From: Azolla caroliniana
Lineage: Eukaryota; Plantae; Polypodiophyta
Length of the DNA stretch: 64,000 nt
Assembly: GCA_043228905.1 (NCBI GenBank)
Contig: JBHGNT010000003.1
Location: forward strand, 248,001 to 312,000
Direction: 5' to 3'
This document shows, in pieces, positions 27,544-38,044 of the stretch. The position numbers and the translations under genes are program-made. The stretch's first letter is position 1, and every line of letters starts with the position of its first letter. The notes beneath the pieces were generated by a model. It had not been told where the DNA came from. It saw nothing but the letters and a program-made list of their open reading frames with translations, and did not search any database.

Positions 27544-28166
27544 CATGCTATTTAGTTGAAATTATATTTCTATCATTGTACTTTTACATGTAAATTCTCA
27601 TACATGAGAACTAAAATGAGTGACATGGTTATCATGCACCACATGTAATACATAAGCGCCAAATGGCAAACATGCAATTTATGCATGTCTTGTATGTTAT
27701 ACGCAGTGCTCGGCCACAACCGAGAAATAGGATTAACTTTCAGAAAACAGGAATTACAAAATACACGAAGATAATGGGGAGAAGAGTACACAGGATATTT
27801 TACGTGGAAAACCCTAAGTGGGAAAAAAACCACGGGAGTCCTCAAACTCCAACTATCACTATATGCAGAGATGTACAATGATGAAGCTACAAGGCAACAA
27901 CCTTGAGCTCACAGTCTTCGCCACAGGCGGCGGTAATACACTGAGGCAACGACCTTTTCGTCTCTCACACTCTCTCGGCTGCTCTCACTTCGCTCCCTCT
28001 TCGTGGAAAACAGAAAATGAGCAACAACCTTCTAAAACTGTTTGCCCTAAGTCATATTTATACACATATGACTTTTGGGCTATTTACAAATATAGCCTCA
28101 AGGGCTCTTGGCAAACATATTCACAAATATGTCCCCGCATCCGGATCTCTCTCCGGGTACATTCGT

Positions 28167-28320
28167 CATCCGGCTCCGTAACCGGGGTCTTCAGCATCCG
28201 GCTCCGTAACCGGGGTCTTCATCATCCGGCTCCGTAACCGGGGTCTTCATCATCCGGCTCCGTAACCGGGGTCTTCATCATCCGGCTCCGTAACTGGGGT
28301 CTTCATCATCCGGCTCCGTA
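28167..28320. repeat. 28-bp tandem array (~5.5 copies of CATCCGGCTCCGTAACCGGGGTCTTCAT) inside the copia LTR; repeated at ~33002-33155
   Basis: Units start at 28167, 28195, 28223, 28251, 28279 and 28307. Confidence 0.92.
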
Positions 28321-28451
28321 TCCGGGTACTCTTTATCCGGCTTCATGCCGGGTACTCTTCATCATCCGGTTCCGTAACCGCAACCGGGCTTGCCGTCATT
28401 CATCTCCGGACATCCCATCCGGAGGGACCGAAATCCCAACAAACTCCCCCT

Positions 28452-31400
28452 TCACTTCGGCATGGGATGTCTCTCCAATCCGACTCTCTTCCGGCACGCT
28501 CCCAGCTTGTCGGGTGTGAGCACTTTGGTCAGCATATCCGACCCGTTCTCGTCCGTGTGGACCTTCGTCAGCACGAACTCCTTGTCTTCTATCCTTTCCC
28601 GGATCCAGTGATATCTTCGCTGGATGTGCTTCGTCCGGGAGTGATAGGCCGCGTTCTTCGCAAGGTGGATGGCACTCTGACTGTCGCAGTAGAGTCGGTA
28701 CTCCTCCTGCTGGATACCGAGCTCTCTAATGAAGTCCTTCATCCATATTATTTCTTTGCCGGCTTCAACAGCCGCCATGTACTCCGCCTCCGTGGTTGAC
28801 AACGCAACCGTCTTCTGCAGCCTCGACTGCCACGAAACAGCTCCCCCTGCATACGTCATCACATACCCTGATGTGGACCGGCTGGTATCTGCATCAGCCG
28901 ACATATCCGAATCGGTGAAACCGTCGAGTTCGGGTTTACCGGAGCCGAATCGGAGGCACACATTCGCTGTGCCCTTCAGGTATCGGAGTATCCACTTGAC
29001 CGCGTTCCAATGCTCTTTGCCGGGATTGCTCATGTACCGGCTTACCACTCCGACTGCATATCCGATGTCCGGTCTCGTACATACCATGGCGTACATCAAG
29101 CTCCCGACGGCTGAGGCATATGGTACTTTCATCATATCCTCCTTTTCAGCCTTTGTCTTGGGGCTTTGCTTGCTGGACAGCTTGCAGTTTGCCGGGAGGG
29201 TCGATCCGACCGGTCTTGCCTCCGACATGTTGAACCGGTGAAGCACCTTCGTCACGTACTTCTCCTGTGACAGCCACAACTGCTTCTTCTTCCGGTCCCG
29301 GATGATGTGCATCCCTAGTATTTGCCTCGCCGGACCCAAGTCCTTCATTGAGAAGGTTCGGTGAAGAGCCTTCTTCAGCATCCGTATCTTGACCTGGTCC
29401 CGTCCGACGATCAACATGTCGTCCACGTACAGGAGGAGTATTAGGAAGTCTCCTCCTTCAAACTTCTTCACAAACACGCAGTGGTCGGACTGCGTTTTGA
29501 GGTACCCTTCGTCGGTCATGAAGGAGTCGAACTTCCGGTACCATTGCCGGGGAGCCTGCTTCAGTCCGTAAAGGCTCTTCTTCAACCGGCATACCAGGTG
29601 CTCCTTCCCTTTCTTCTCGAATCCTTCCGGTTGCTGCATGTAGATTTCTTCTTCGAGGTCACCGTGAAGGAATGCTGTCTTCACGTCCATCTGTTCTACC
29701 TCGAGGTCCATGCTTGCCGCTATGCTCAGCACCGTCCGGATGGAGGTCATCTTCACTACCGGGGCGAATATCTCGTCGAAGTCGACGCCCTTCTTCTGTT
29801 GAAACCCCTTCACCACGATCCTGGCTTTGTATCTCGGGGGGTTTCCGGCATCTCCCGGTTTCAGCTTGAACACCCACTTGTTTCGAAGTGCCCGCTTTCC
29901 TTTCGGCAACTCCACAAGTTCATATGTGTGGTTCTCATGCAGGGAATCCATCTCGTCCTGCATGGCACTCAACCACCTGCGGCTCTGGGTGTCATGCTTT
30001 GCTTCTTCAAAGCTCTCCGGCTCCCCTTCGTCGGTTAGCAGCACGTGCTCTGGTTCCGGAAATCTCCGGGGGGCCCTTCTCTCTCTTAGAGGATATCTCC
30101 GTTCCGGAGCTTCGGTAACCGGTTCTTCCGATTCTTCTTCATCCGAATCCATTTCGGGATCGGGGCCGGTTCCGGTATCATTTTCATCTTCTTCGGCCGG
30201 TTCCTCGAGTGTTAACCGGTCCCTTGCCGGTCGGGACTGCTCCTCGTAGAGTTGATCCTCACCGATCGACTTGGAGCTCTTCATCTTCTTCTCCGACTCC
30301 CAGTCGGCGAGTGTCTTGTCCTCCATGAAGATGATGTCTCGACTCCTGAATATCTTCTTGTCGACCGGGTCCCATACTCGGTAGCCGAACTCGTCGTCGC
30401 CGTAACCGAGGAATATGCATGGCCGGGTCTTTGGATCTAGCTTTCCTCTCCGGTCCTTTGCCACATGCACGTATGCGAGACACCCGAACACCTTCAGATG
30501 CCGGTAGGACACTTCCTTACCGGTCCACACTTTCTGCGGCGTGTCTCCATCCAAAGGTACTGAGGGTGATCTGTTTATCACGTATGTCGCCGTCGACATT
30601 GCCTCGGCCCAAAACCCCTTGGGTAATTTCGCATGTGCCAGCATACTCCGGACCCTCTCCATTATGTTCCGGTTCATCCTCTCGGCCAGCCCGTTTAGTT
30701 CCGGCGTCTTCGGCACAGTAAACTCGAGCCGGATTCCCTTCGAGCGACAGTACTCCTGGAACTGCCCCCGGTATTCCCCTCCGTTATCCGCTCGTATCGC
30801 TTTCAGCTTCTTGCCGGATTCTCTTTCCACTCTCGCGTGGAGTTCTTTGAAGACGGACAACACTTGGTCCTTTGTCTTCAACGGCGCCGTCCACAGCTTC
30901 CGGCTGTGATCATCAATGAAAGTCACGAAGTACTGGGCTCCGCCATGTGACTTCGTTTCTACCTGACACACATCAGTGTGCACCAACTCCAATGGTGCGC
31001 TACGTCTCGTCGGTGGCCTTGAGTGGAAGGAGGTTCGGTTCTGCTTACCGGCCAGGCAATCGGTGCACTTCTCCAGGTGCACATGCTTCACTGGGATAAG
31101 GTTGTCTTCTGCAAGCCTCTTCATCCCCTTCTCACTCATGTGGCACAGTCTCTTGTGCCACAGCTCACCGGCAGTGTCGGCTGCCACATTCAGCTCTTCC
31201 GGACATAACCGAGCATTCATCAGGTACAGTGTGTTGTCTTTCCGGGCCCGAGCCACTATCAGGTTCCCCTTGCTGAACTTCATGACACCGTTCCGGATGC
31301 TACCCGTGTAGCCTTCATCATCTAGCCTCCCGGCTGAAATCAGGTTCAGTCGGACCTCCGGAACGTGTCGGACATTCTTCAGCAGCATTTTGCATCCGGT

Positions 31401-32498
31401 CGGGGTTGTCAACCACACGTCTCCTATGCCGGCAATCCGGCACGTACCTTCATTTCCCATCCGAACACAGCCATGCTCACCGGCTGTGTAGGATGAGAAG
31501 TATCTTCTCTCCGGGGTCAGGTGGAACGATGCTCCGGAATCGACCACCCAGGTCGTCTCATCGCCGGCAACGTTTAGCTCACCTTCTTCGGTGATGAGCA
31601 TGATTTCTTCCTCACTTGCCGCGAGTGCCGTTGTTCCTTTCCGGTCCTGCCCTCGCCGATCCGAACCTCTCCGGTCCGTGGCTCCCCGGTATGCACCGTT
31701 TCTCTCCGGTGACTTCTTCGAGTCGGTGTCGTCGGCTCCGTTGTCTTTTCGGTAATGCCGACAATTCTTTCGGAAGTGCCCCGGCTTCCCACAGTGGAAG
31801 CATGTGGGTCTTCCTCTTGACTGCGACCGGGTCCCCGACTTCTCCCGTCTTTGCGGACTCCGGTTCCATTGTCTTCCCCGATCCGATTCGGTAAACAGCA
31901 TCTTCGGGTCGGAGGCCGGTTCCTTATCTCTCCGACGCGCTTCTTCATTCAGAATACTTGTCTTTACCGTTTGTAGGGACAAGTTATCTTCGGTGCAGGA
32001 GGTGCTGAGAGTCACCACCAAGTTCTCCCAGCTGTCCGGCAATGTACACATTAGGATGATGGCTTGCATTGCATCCTCCAACGGGAACTTGATCGCCGCA
32101 AGCTGGTTCACGAATCCCATGAACGTGCTTACGTGTTCCACCATACTCTCGCCGTCCCGGTACTTGAGGTTCACTATCTTCCTCATCAGGGAGGTCCGGT
32201 TCAACGCATTCTTCCTCTCATAGAGGCCCGACAGCTTCTTCCACATCTCATAGGCGTTCGTATCGTTCGCCACATGTTGCAGGACACTTACATCGACATA
32301 TTGCCGGATCGTCGCTACGGCTTTCCGGTTCAGGAGCTTCCACTCCGACTCAAGTACCCCTTTCGGTATTTCCGACCTGTCAATCGGTTCGTACAGGTCC
32401 CGAACAATCAGAAGATCCTCCATCTTGATCTTCCAGTCGGCGTAATTCTGTGCATTCAGCACCATCATCATCGGCTGCCCGCTGCCGCCGCCTTCCAT
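28452..32498 (-). CDS. Copia gag-pol polyprotein, 1348 aa, uninterrupted
   Basis: CFHCGKPGHFRKNC zinc knuckle, VVDSGAS protease, GAG-pre-integrase and integrase (ELVHTD, ADNGGEY), RT (DVKTAFLHG, LLYVDD), RNase H (FTDSD, CDSQSAI). Confidence 0.98.
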   Translation of the reverse strand: MEGGGSGQPMMMVLNAQNYADWKIKMEDLLIVRDLYEPIDRSEIPKGVLESEWKLLNRKAVATIRQYVDVSVLQHVANDTNAYEMWKKLSGLYERKNALNRTSLMRKIVNLKYRDGESMVEHVSTFMGFVNQLAAIKFPLEDAMQAIILMCTLPDSWENLVVTLSTSCTEDNLSLQTVKTSILNEEARRRDKEPASDPKMLFTESDRGRQWNRSPQRREKSGTRSQSRGRPTCFHCGKPGHFRKNCRHYRKDNGADDTDSKKSPERNGAYRGATDRRGSDRRGQDRKGTTALAASEEEIMLITEEGELNVAGDETTWVVDSGASFHLTPERRYFSSYTAGEHGCVRMGNEGTCRIAGIGDVWLTTPTGCKMLLKNVRHVPEVRLNLISAGRLDDEGYTGSIRNGVMKFSKGNLIVARARKDNTLYLMNARLCPEELNVAADTAGELWHKRLCHMSEKGMKRLAEDNLIPVKHVHLEKCTDCLAGKQNRTSFHSRPPTRRSAPLELVHTDVCQVETKSHGGAQYFVTFIDDHSRKLWTAPLKTKDQVLSVFKELHARVERESGKKLKAIRADNGGEYRGQFQEYCRSKGIRLEFTVPKTPELNGLAERMNRNIMERVRSMLAHAKLPKGFWAEAMSTATYVINRSPSVPLDGDTPQKVWTGKEVSYRHLKVFGCLAYVHVAKDRRGKLDPKTRPCIFLGYGDDEFGYRVWDPVDKKIFRSRDIIFMEDKTLADWESEKKMKSSKSIGEDQLYEEQSRPARDRLTLEEPAEEDENDTGTGPDPEMDSDEEESEEPVTEAPERRYPLRERRAPRRFPEPEHVLLTDEGEPESFEEAKHDTQSRRWLSAMQDEMDSLHENHTYELVELPKGKRALRNKWVFKLKPGDAGNPPRYKARIVVKGFQQKKGVDFDEIFAPVVKMTSIRTVLSIAASMDLEVEQMDVKTAFLHGDLEEEIYMQQPEGFEKKGKEHLVCRLKKSLYGLKQAPRQWYRKFDSFMTDEGYLKTQSDHCVFVKKFEGGDFLILLLYVDDMLIVGRDQVKIRMLKKALHRTFSMKDLGPARQILGMHIIRDRKKKQLWLSQEKYVTKVLHRFNMSEARPVGSTLPANCKLSSKQSPKTKAEKEDMMKVPYASAVGSLMYAMVCTRPDIGYAVGVVSRYMSNPGKEHWNAVKWILRYLKGTANVCLRFGSGKPELDGFTDSDMSADADTSRSTSGYVMTYAGGAVSWQSRLQKTVALSTTEAEYMAAVEAGKEIIWMKDFIRELGIQQEEYRLYCDSQSAIHLAKNAAYHSRTKHIQRRYHWIRERIEDKEFVLTKVHTDENGSDMLTKVLTPDKLGACRKRVGLERHPMPK

Positions 32499-34066
32499 TT
32501 TCTGTGTTACCGTCGCTCTGATACCACTTTGTTATACGCAGTGCTCGGCCACAACCGAGAAATAGGATTAACTTTCAGAAAACAGGAATTACAAAATACA
32601 CGAAGATAATGGGGAGAAGAGTACACAGGATATTTTACGTGGAAAACCCTAAGTGGGAAAAAAACCACGGGAGTCCTCAAACTCCAACTATCACTATATG
32701 CAGAGATGTACAATGATGAAGCTACAAGGCAACAACCTTGAGCTCACAGTCTTCGCCACAGGCGGCGGTAATACACTGAGGCAACGACCTTTTCGTCTCT
32801 CACACTCTCTCGGCTGCTCTCACTTCGCTCCCTCTTCGTGGAAAACAGAAAATGAGCAACAACCTTCTAAAACTGTTTGCCCTAAGTCATATTTATACAC
32901 ATATGACTTTTGGGCTATTTACAAATATAGCCTCAAGGGCTCTTGGCAAACATATTCACAAATATGTCCCCGCATCCGGATCTCTCTCCGGGTACATTCG
33001 TCATCGGGCTCTGTAACCGGGGTCTTCAGCATCCGGCTCCGTAACCGGGGTCTTCATCATCCGGCTCCGTAACCGGGGTCTTCATCATCCGGCTCCGTAA
33101 CCGGGGTCTTCATCATCCGGCTCCGTAACCGGGGTCTTCATCATCCGGCTCCGTATCCGGGTACTCTTTATCCGGCTTCATGCCGGGTACTCTTCATCAT
33201 CCGGTTCCGTAACCGCAACCGGGCTTGCCGTCATTCATCTCCGGACATCCCATCCGGAGGGACCGAAATCCCAACATTGTACCCTCACATGCATCATATG
33301 CATGAGAGCATCTATAAAAGAGGGAAGGGGGAGGAGAAAAAACACGGTTTTTTTTATGAAAATTAAGAGGAAGAAATTCGTTATCAAATCAATCGTGTAA
33401 TCTCAACTTCTCTCTTTCCCAATCTATCTTAAGTACTTTCTCGCCAAAGCTTGTATCGACTCTAAATCCTTCTGGTCCAGAACCCCGGCGGTTCCGCCTC
33501 ACGATCCGCGCGTAGTGACGGATCTTCACGACAACGCAAGACAAAGTGCATGCATGTGCTAAATTTTGGGGAAATCTAAAGTGGAAATGTGCTGAGAGTT
33601 ATGGCGACTTAACTCTTCTTGACTTGTCTATGTATTGTAAGAATTTATATGAGCTATCTCTTGCCTGAAAGATGGTATGCTATGTTTCTCTTTCACATAT
33701 GTCTCCCTTCTTTACAATCGAAGATATATGCATAGGACTTAAGAAATTGGCTTCTCGAAAGGCAAACGATCTTCAATGTATAATGGCTGAAATGCTCAAA
33801 TGGACAGGAAAGGAAGCACATGCATGGATAAGAGATATGTTTAATCATGCATTGCAACATGGTATGCCATATGGTTGGACTACAAATTGGATCAAACCTT
33901 TATATAAATATGGAGATGTGAATAACGTAAACAATTATCGAACCATCATGGTTGGCTCGTTAATGACAAAACTATTTGGATGTATAATGGAATCAAAGAT
34001 AAGTGCATGGGCTGGAAAAAATGGTCAGAGAGCTTATGGACAAGTTGACTTTCGAAAACACCAAGG

Positions 34067-34359
34067 GTGAAAGCATGTGAATGGAAACACTATTATAGCT
34101 AACATGTAGCTAAAATGACCACAGTTGAGTAGTTTTTTTTATAGCTAATTTTTAGTGGGAAAATCTTAAACATACATATCATTTATTATGGGGAGGGAAA
34201 TATGACTATTTATGGTGCACATTTTAGCTAGTCTTTATTTGAGATCACATTCTGATAATCCCTAAAATTGCCAAAATATGCAAATTACATGCAACATTTT
34301 ACATAGCTAATTAGTTATGTCAAGGACACAACTAATTGTTCCCATTCCCATGCTTTCAC
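34067..34359. mobile_element. MITE (~293 bp) inserted in the LINE RT
   Basis: TIRs GTGAAAGCATGTGAATGGAAACA / TGTTCCCATTCCCATGCTTTCAC; AT-rich non-coding interior; interrupts FRKH|STIDH. Confidence 0.8.
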
Positions 34360-36007
34360 AGTCACCATTGATCACCTTGTTACCTTTCAAGTATTAATGG
34401 AGGAAAGTCGCTTTAGAGGTAAAGGTTTATATTATTGCATCATAGACTTTAAGAAAGCTTTTGATATGGTACCTTGTGACCATGTTTGGAAGCAAATGGA
34501 AGAACTCAAGGTGCCAAGTGAATATATGCTTGCAATCTCCTGAATATATGAGAAGGTTATGTGTTGTGTGCGTATGAGCGATAAAATTTTAGATTTTTTC
34601 GATAGCACTATTGGTGTGAATCAAGGATGCCCACTCTCACCAACTCTATTTGGTCTATGCATTAATGAATTGGAAGAAATGGTTGACAAGTTTGTAATGG
34701 AAGAAGGTGTTGAAGAAGTTGCAATTGGGAATGTTTTCATTATGCTTTTGCTATATGTGGATGATGTAGTGTTTTTTGCAAATACTTTAGGAGATGCGCA
34801 AAAGCTTATGAAGGCATTGGGAAACTTTTGCATGCATGTAAAATTATGCGTTAATAGCTCGAAAACAAAGATTATGCTTGTGAAGAGCCAAAAAAGAGAT
34901 AACCCATGCATTATGTATAATAATGAGGGCCCACTTGAATGTGTGGAAAGCTTCAAATATCTTGGCCTTGAAGTTCCTTCAAATCATAGATGGAATGAAT
35001 GTGCTACACACTGCTTAGAGCTTGCGGGAAAGTGAGCATATTATGCATTTGAGAATAGATGCAATCGTGAAGATATTAAGTGTTGGGTCCTCAAGAAATA
35101 CCTTTTTGACACTTTGGTGACACCGATGCTTCTCTATGGGGTGGTAGCATCCCTAAATTTACTTGGAAAGAGTTTGAAAATGTCCAAAAACATTTTCTTA
35201 CAAAGTTTCTACAAGTTAAGAAACAACCCCATACATCTTCCTCCTCCTTGAGACATGACCACTTCCCATTGAGATCTTGGCCATGGAAAGGGTTGTTGAA
35301 TACATGCTTAAGGTTCAAAAAAGTCCCTCACATCAACTTCCTAGAATCGCATGGGAAGCAAGCAAAAAGATCCAAAAGATGCATAAAAGCAAAATTTCGT
35401 GTTTCGGTTGGATGCAAGATATGAAAAAGTGGTTCGATCGATGGGATGCAACACATTTGCTTCATGATGCATCACTAGATTCCTTTGTGAATGAGGTCTT
35501 TTTGCAATGCCAATGTATCATGACATGGGAAAAATGTGGAGGCTCACGCTTCATACATTATACTACACATGTTGCACCTAACTACAAAACCATATTCTTC
35601 GTAGAATGGGAAAATCGTACACATCGATACATGTTAGAACCCATTCCAATGGCTTCTATTTGAACCATTGCTTCCATGTGGTTCAGCTCACATGCATTGT
35701 GATGTGAGACGGGGTGTTGGGGCACAAGTGATGAGAGTGGTATGCACACTTTGCCCTAAACAAGTTAGAGAGTTCGAGTATCACACTTTGATACAATGCT
35801 TTGCCTTTGATCATATTTGGCCATGCTTTACACACTTCGACCAAGCCCAATCCTTGCATGAATTTCTCTCACAACCACAATGTGCACTATCGATTGCAAC
35901 ATTCATTGGCAAAGTTCATGAACATCGAGAGTTGCTACTCCCTTTCACATGTATCACGTGAAATCTAATATTTTTGGTTTCATAGGTCATATTTGGCCTC
36001 CGAAGAC

Positions 36008-36039
<32 letters not shown>

Positions 36040-36043
<4 letters not shown>

Positions 36044-36505
36044 TACAAAACCATAGTCTTCGTGGATTGGGGAAATTGTACAAATCGATACATGTTAGAG
36101 CCCATCCCGTTGTTTTTCATTCAAACCATTGCTTCCATGCGACTTAGCTCACATGCATTGCAATGTGAGATGGGGTGTTGGGACACAAGTGATGGGAGCG
36201 GTCGACTATGCACACTTTTCCCTAAATAGTTCGAGAGTCTGAGTATCACAGTTTGATACAATGCTTTGCCTTTGATCATATTCGACCATGCTTTACACAC
36301 ACCCTTGACCAAGCCCAATCCTTGCACGAATTTCTCTCACAACCACAATGTGCACTCTCGATTGCAACATTCATTGGTAAAGTTCATGAACATTGAGAGT
36401 TACAACTCGCTTTCACATGTATCACGTGAAATGTAATATTTTTGGTCTCATAGGTCATATTTGACCTCCGAAAATGATAATAGAATCTCTCTCTCTCTCT
36501 CTCTT
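36040..36505 (+). mobile_element. Second RTE-like LINE 3' fragment placed directly behind the (TC)n tail of the first
   Basis: Duplicates 35580-36013 (NYKTI.F..WGN.T.RYMLEPIP, RLSSHAL.CE.G); ends in its own (TC)n. Confidence 0.85.
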
Positions 36506-36754
36506 TGAGATCATTCACTTAGGAATTTTGATGTTATCTTGAGATAAACTAAGTTGGATCCTCATCGTGGGCGAGCCCCTCTCCCTTTTGGCATGGATGT
36601 TAAAATGATATTTACCTCTCCAATAGTTCAATACAATTAATAAAAACAAAATATCATGTTGTTATGAATGTAAAGATATGCAAAAATGTTTCAAAAGATG
36701 GGACACAATTAATTTGCTTCATGATGATTCAATGTACTCTTTTGTGAATGGGGA

Positions 36755-38044
36755 TTTTTTTTTTTTTTTTTCCAAAAAAAAACTCCTTCCATTAGTTATA
36801 AAATTTTACAAATGAGGTGATTATGTACAAATCCCTAAAGGGACGCGATAGTTCCATCTAATGTGGAAGCCCACTGACTCAAGAAAGGGAGAGGACGACC
36901 ATTGTTGGATGAAGGCTATGCGTTGTCTTTCAACTCCCTCAGAGCCACCTTTAAGGCCATCATATTGGCTCTTCAAAGTGGCTACAATTTCACTCCATAT
37001 CTCTTGCAGTAACCTTGTTGGATGGGTGGTTTGGTTGGAGAAGACTCGCCTACATCGTTGTTTCCATAGAATCCAAAGGGTTATTGGGCTGACCAATTCC
37101 AACACCTCTTGAGATTTGTCATTAAGAGGAAAATAGTGAACATTGTCGCTGGAGGAGAAAAGAACCTCTTGTGCTTTTATCACCAAAGTCATCCCCTCCT
37201 CCTAATGCTCGTATCGGCCAATTGCAGCCTGCCATGATAGCCAACATATATTTCCCCACTTGATTGAACCTTGCACCTGGCATAATTGCAACAAGCGGCC
37301 AACCCCCCACCATGTTCTATGGGACGTTGGGCAGTCCCACAGAGCGTGTCGTATGGATTCTACTAAATGTGGGCACTCTACACAATTAGGAGAGTTAAGG
37401 TTCCCACGTTGCCATGCTCCCACTGGTAGGGACTTATGTATTAACAACCATTGGAAAGTGGTAATTCGCCTCGCGTGTTGTTGCTTCCAGATTTTCTGCC
37501 AAAACTTGGTGATTATTGCGGAGGGAACTTGAAATGTGCGCCAGACCTTTGCAGCAGCCGGTTCTCGGGCGGCTTGAGCAGCTAGAATGTGGCGACCCAA
37601 TCTAGTTGTGAATTGGAAGAAAGGGATGGGTTTGCTTCCTTGCCCCGCGTAGGGATCACACCATGTCCATTGCAAAGGGTCCCAACTGACCTTACGCAGC
37701 CATGTGTTTTCATGAGTACATATATGCCAATCGGGTTGTACTTTGATCGGATCAGGATCTACAACCCATTTATGACCAGTGTACGCGAGTACTCGAATGT
37801 CGTTATTCTGTGTGGGTGTCTAAGTGTCGTTATTCTGTGTGGCCTTCGAGCATGTCTGGTGATCCCCTACCTCTCGGGATCAGAGAGCCCTCCTCCTCGT
37901 GGCCTATCCATTTCTCCATTGTCGTCCTTTGAGTAGCAGAGTCCCTAATCAGTAGCGCATTAATGATTTCTGATCTCATAGTCCATCCGCCCCTGATTCC
38001 ATGGAGTATGTTCGCTTGATCTTGTAGTGGCATTGACATAAACG
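36755..38044 (-). mobile_element. 5'-truncated L1-clade LINE (zf-RVT region) with poly(A) tail, inserted in an older RTE fragment
   Basis: KIW...TFQWLLIHKSLPVG...C..C...ESIRHALWDCP; TLWILWKQRC..VF; T17 at 36755-36771. Both flanks resemble the RTE family. Confidence 0.85.

Larger units (their letters stand above)
27695..33276 (-). mobile_element. Intact Ty1/copia LTR retrotransposon (Tnt1/Tork-like); LTRs 27695-28441 and 32530-33276; TSD TTGTA
   Basis: Two 747-bp near-identical TG...CA LTRs; PBS TGGTATCAGAGC (tRNA-iMet) at 32526-32515; PPT AAGGGGGAG beside the 3' LTR; TTGTA at 27690-27694 and 33277-33281. Confidence 0.98.
26743..33533 (+). mobile_element. Solo LTR (~1.2 kb net of the nested copia) with 12-bp terminal inverted repeats
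   Basis: TGTCGTGAAGAT...ATCTTCACGACA; flanks ACAT/ACGC (degenerate 4-bp TSD); TATAAAAG near 33313. Removing it restores the LINE frame. Confidence 0.75.
26478..36040 (+). mobile_element. Decayed RTE/RTEX-like LINE (26478-26742 plus 33534-36013) interrupted by a solo LTR/copia nest and a MITE
   Basis: KKWFDKEC..R...YKRLIQRKRR at ~26580 rejoins in frame to AKFWGNL after 33533. RT motifs NYRTIMV, DFKKAFD, GVNQGCPLSPTLF, LLYVDD, FKYLG; C-terminal Zn-finger region; (TC)n tail. Confidence 0.85.

Noticed and set aside
27482-27552. Functional tRNA-Arg gene
   Set aside because: Acceptor and anticodon stems do not pair; treated as tRNA-derived.
28167-28385. 28-bp repeats as a CRISPR array
   Set aside because: Head-to-tail units with no unique spacers, inside an LTR, and no cas genes.
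28467-32609. Many plus-strand and alternate-frame ORFs over the copia polyproteins (also 52434-56639) and over the TCP and ERF genes
   Set aside because: Shadow ORFs caused by high GC or low complexity; no recognisable motifs.
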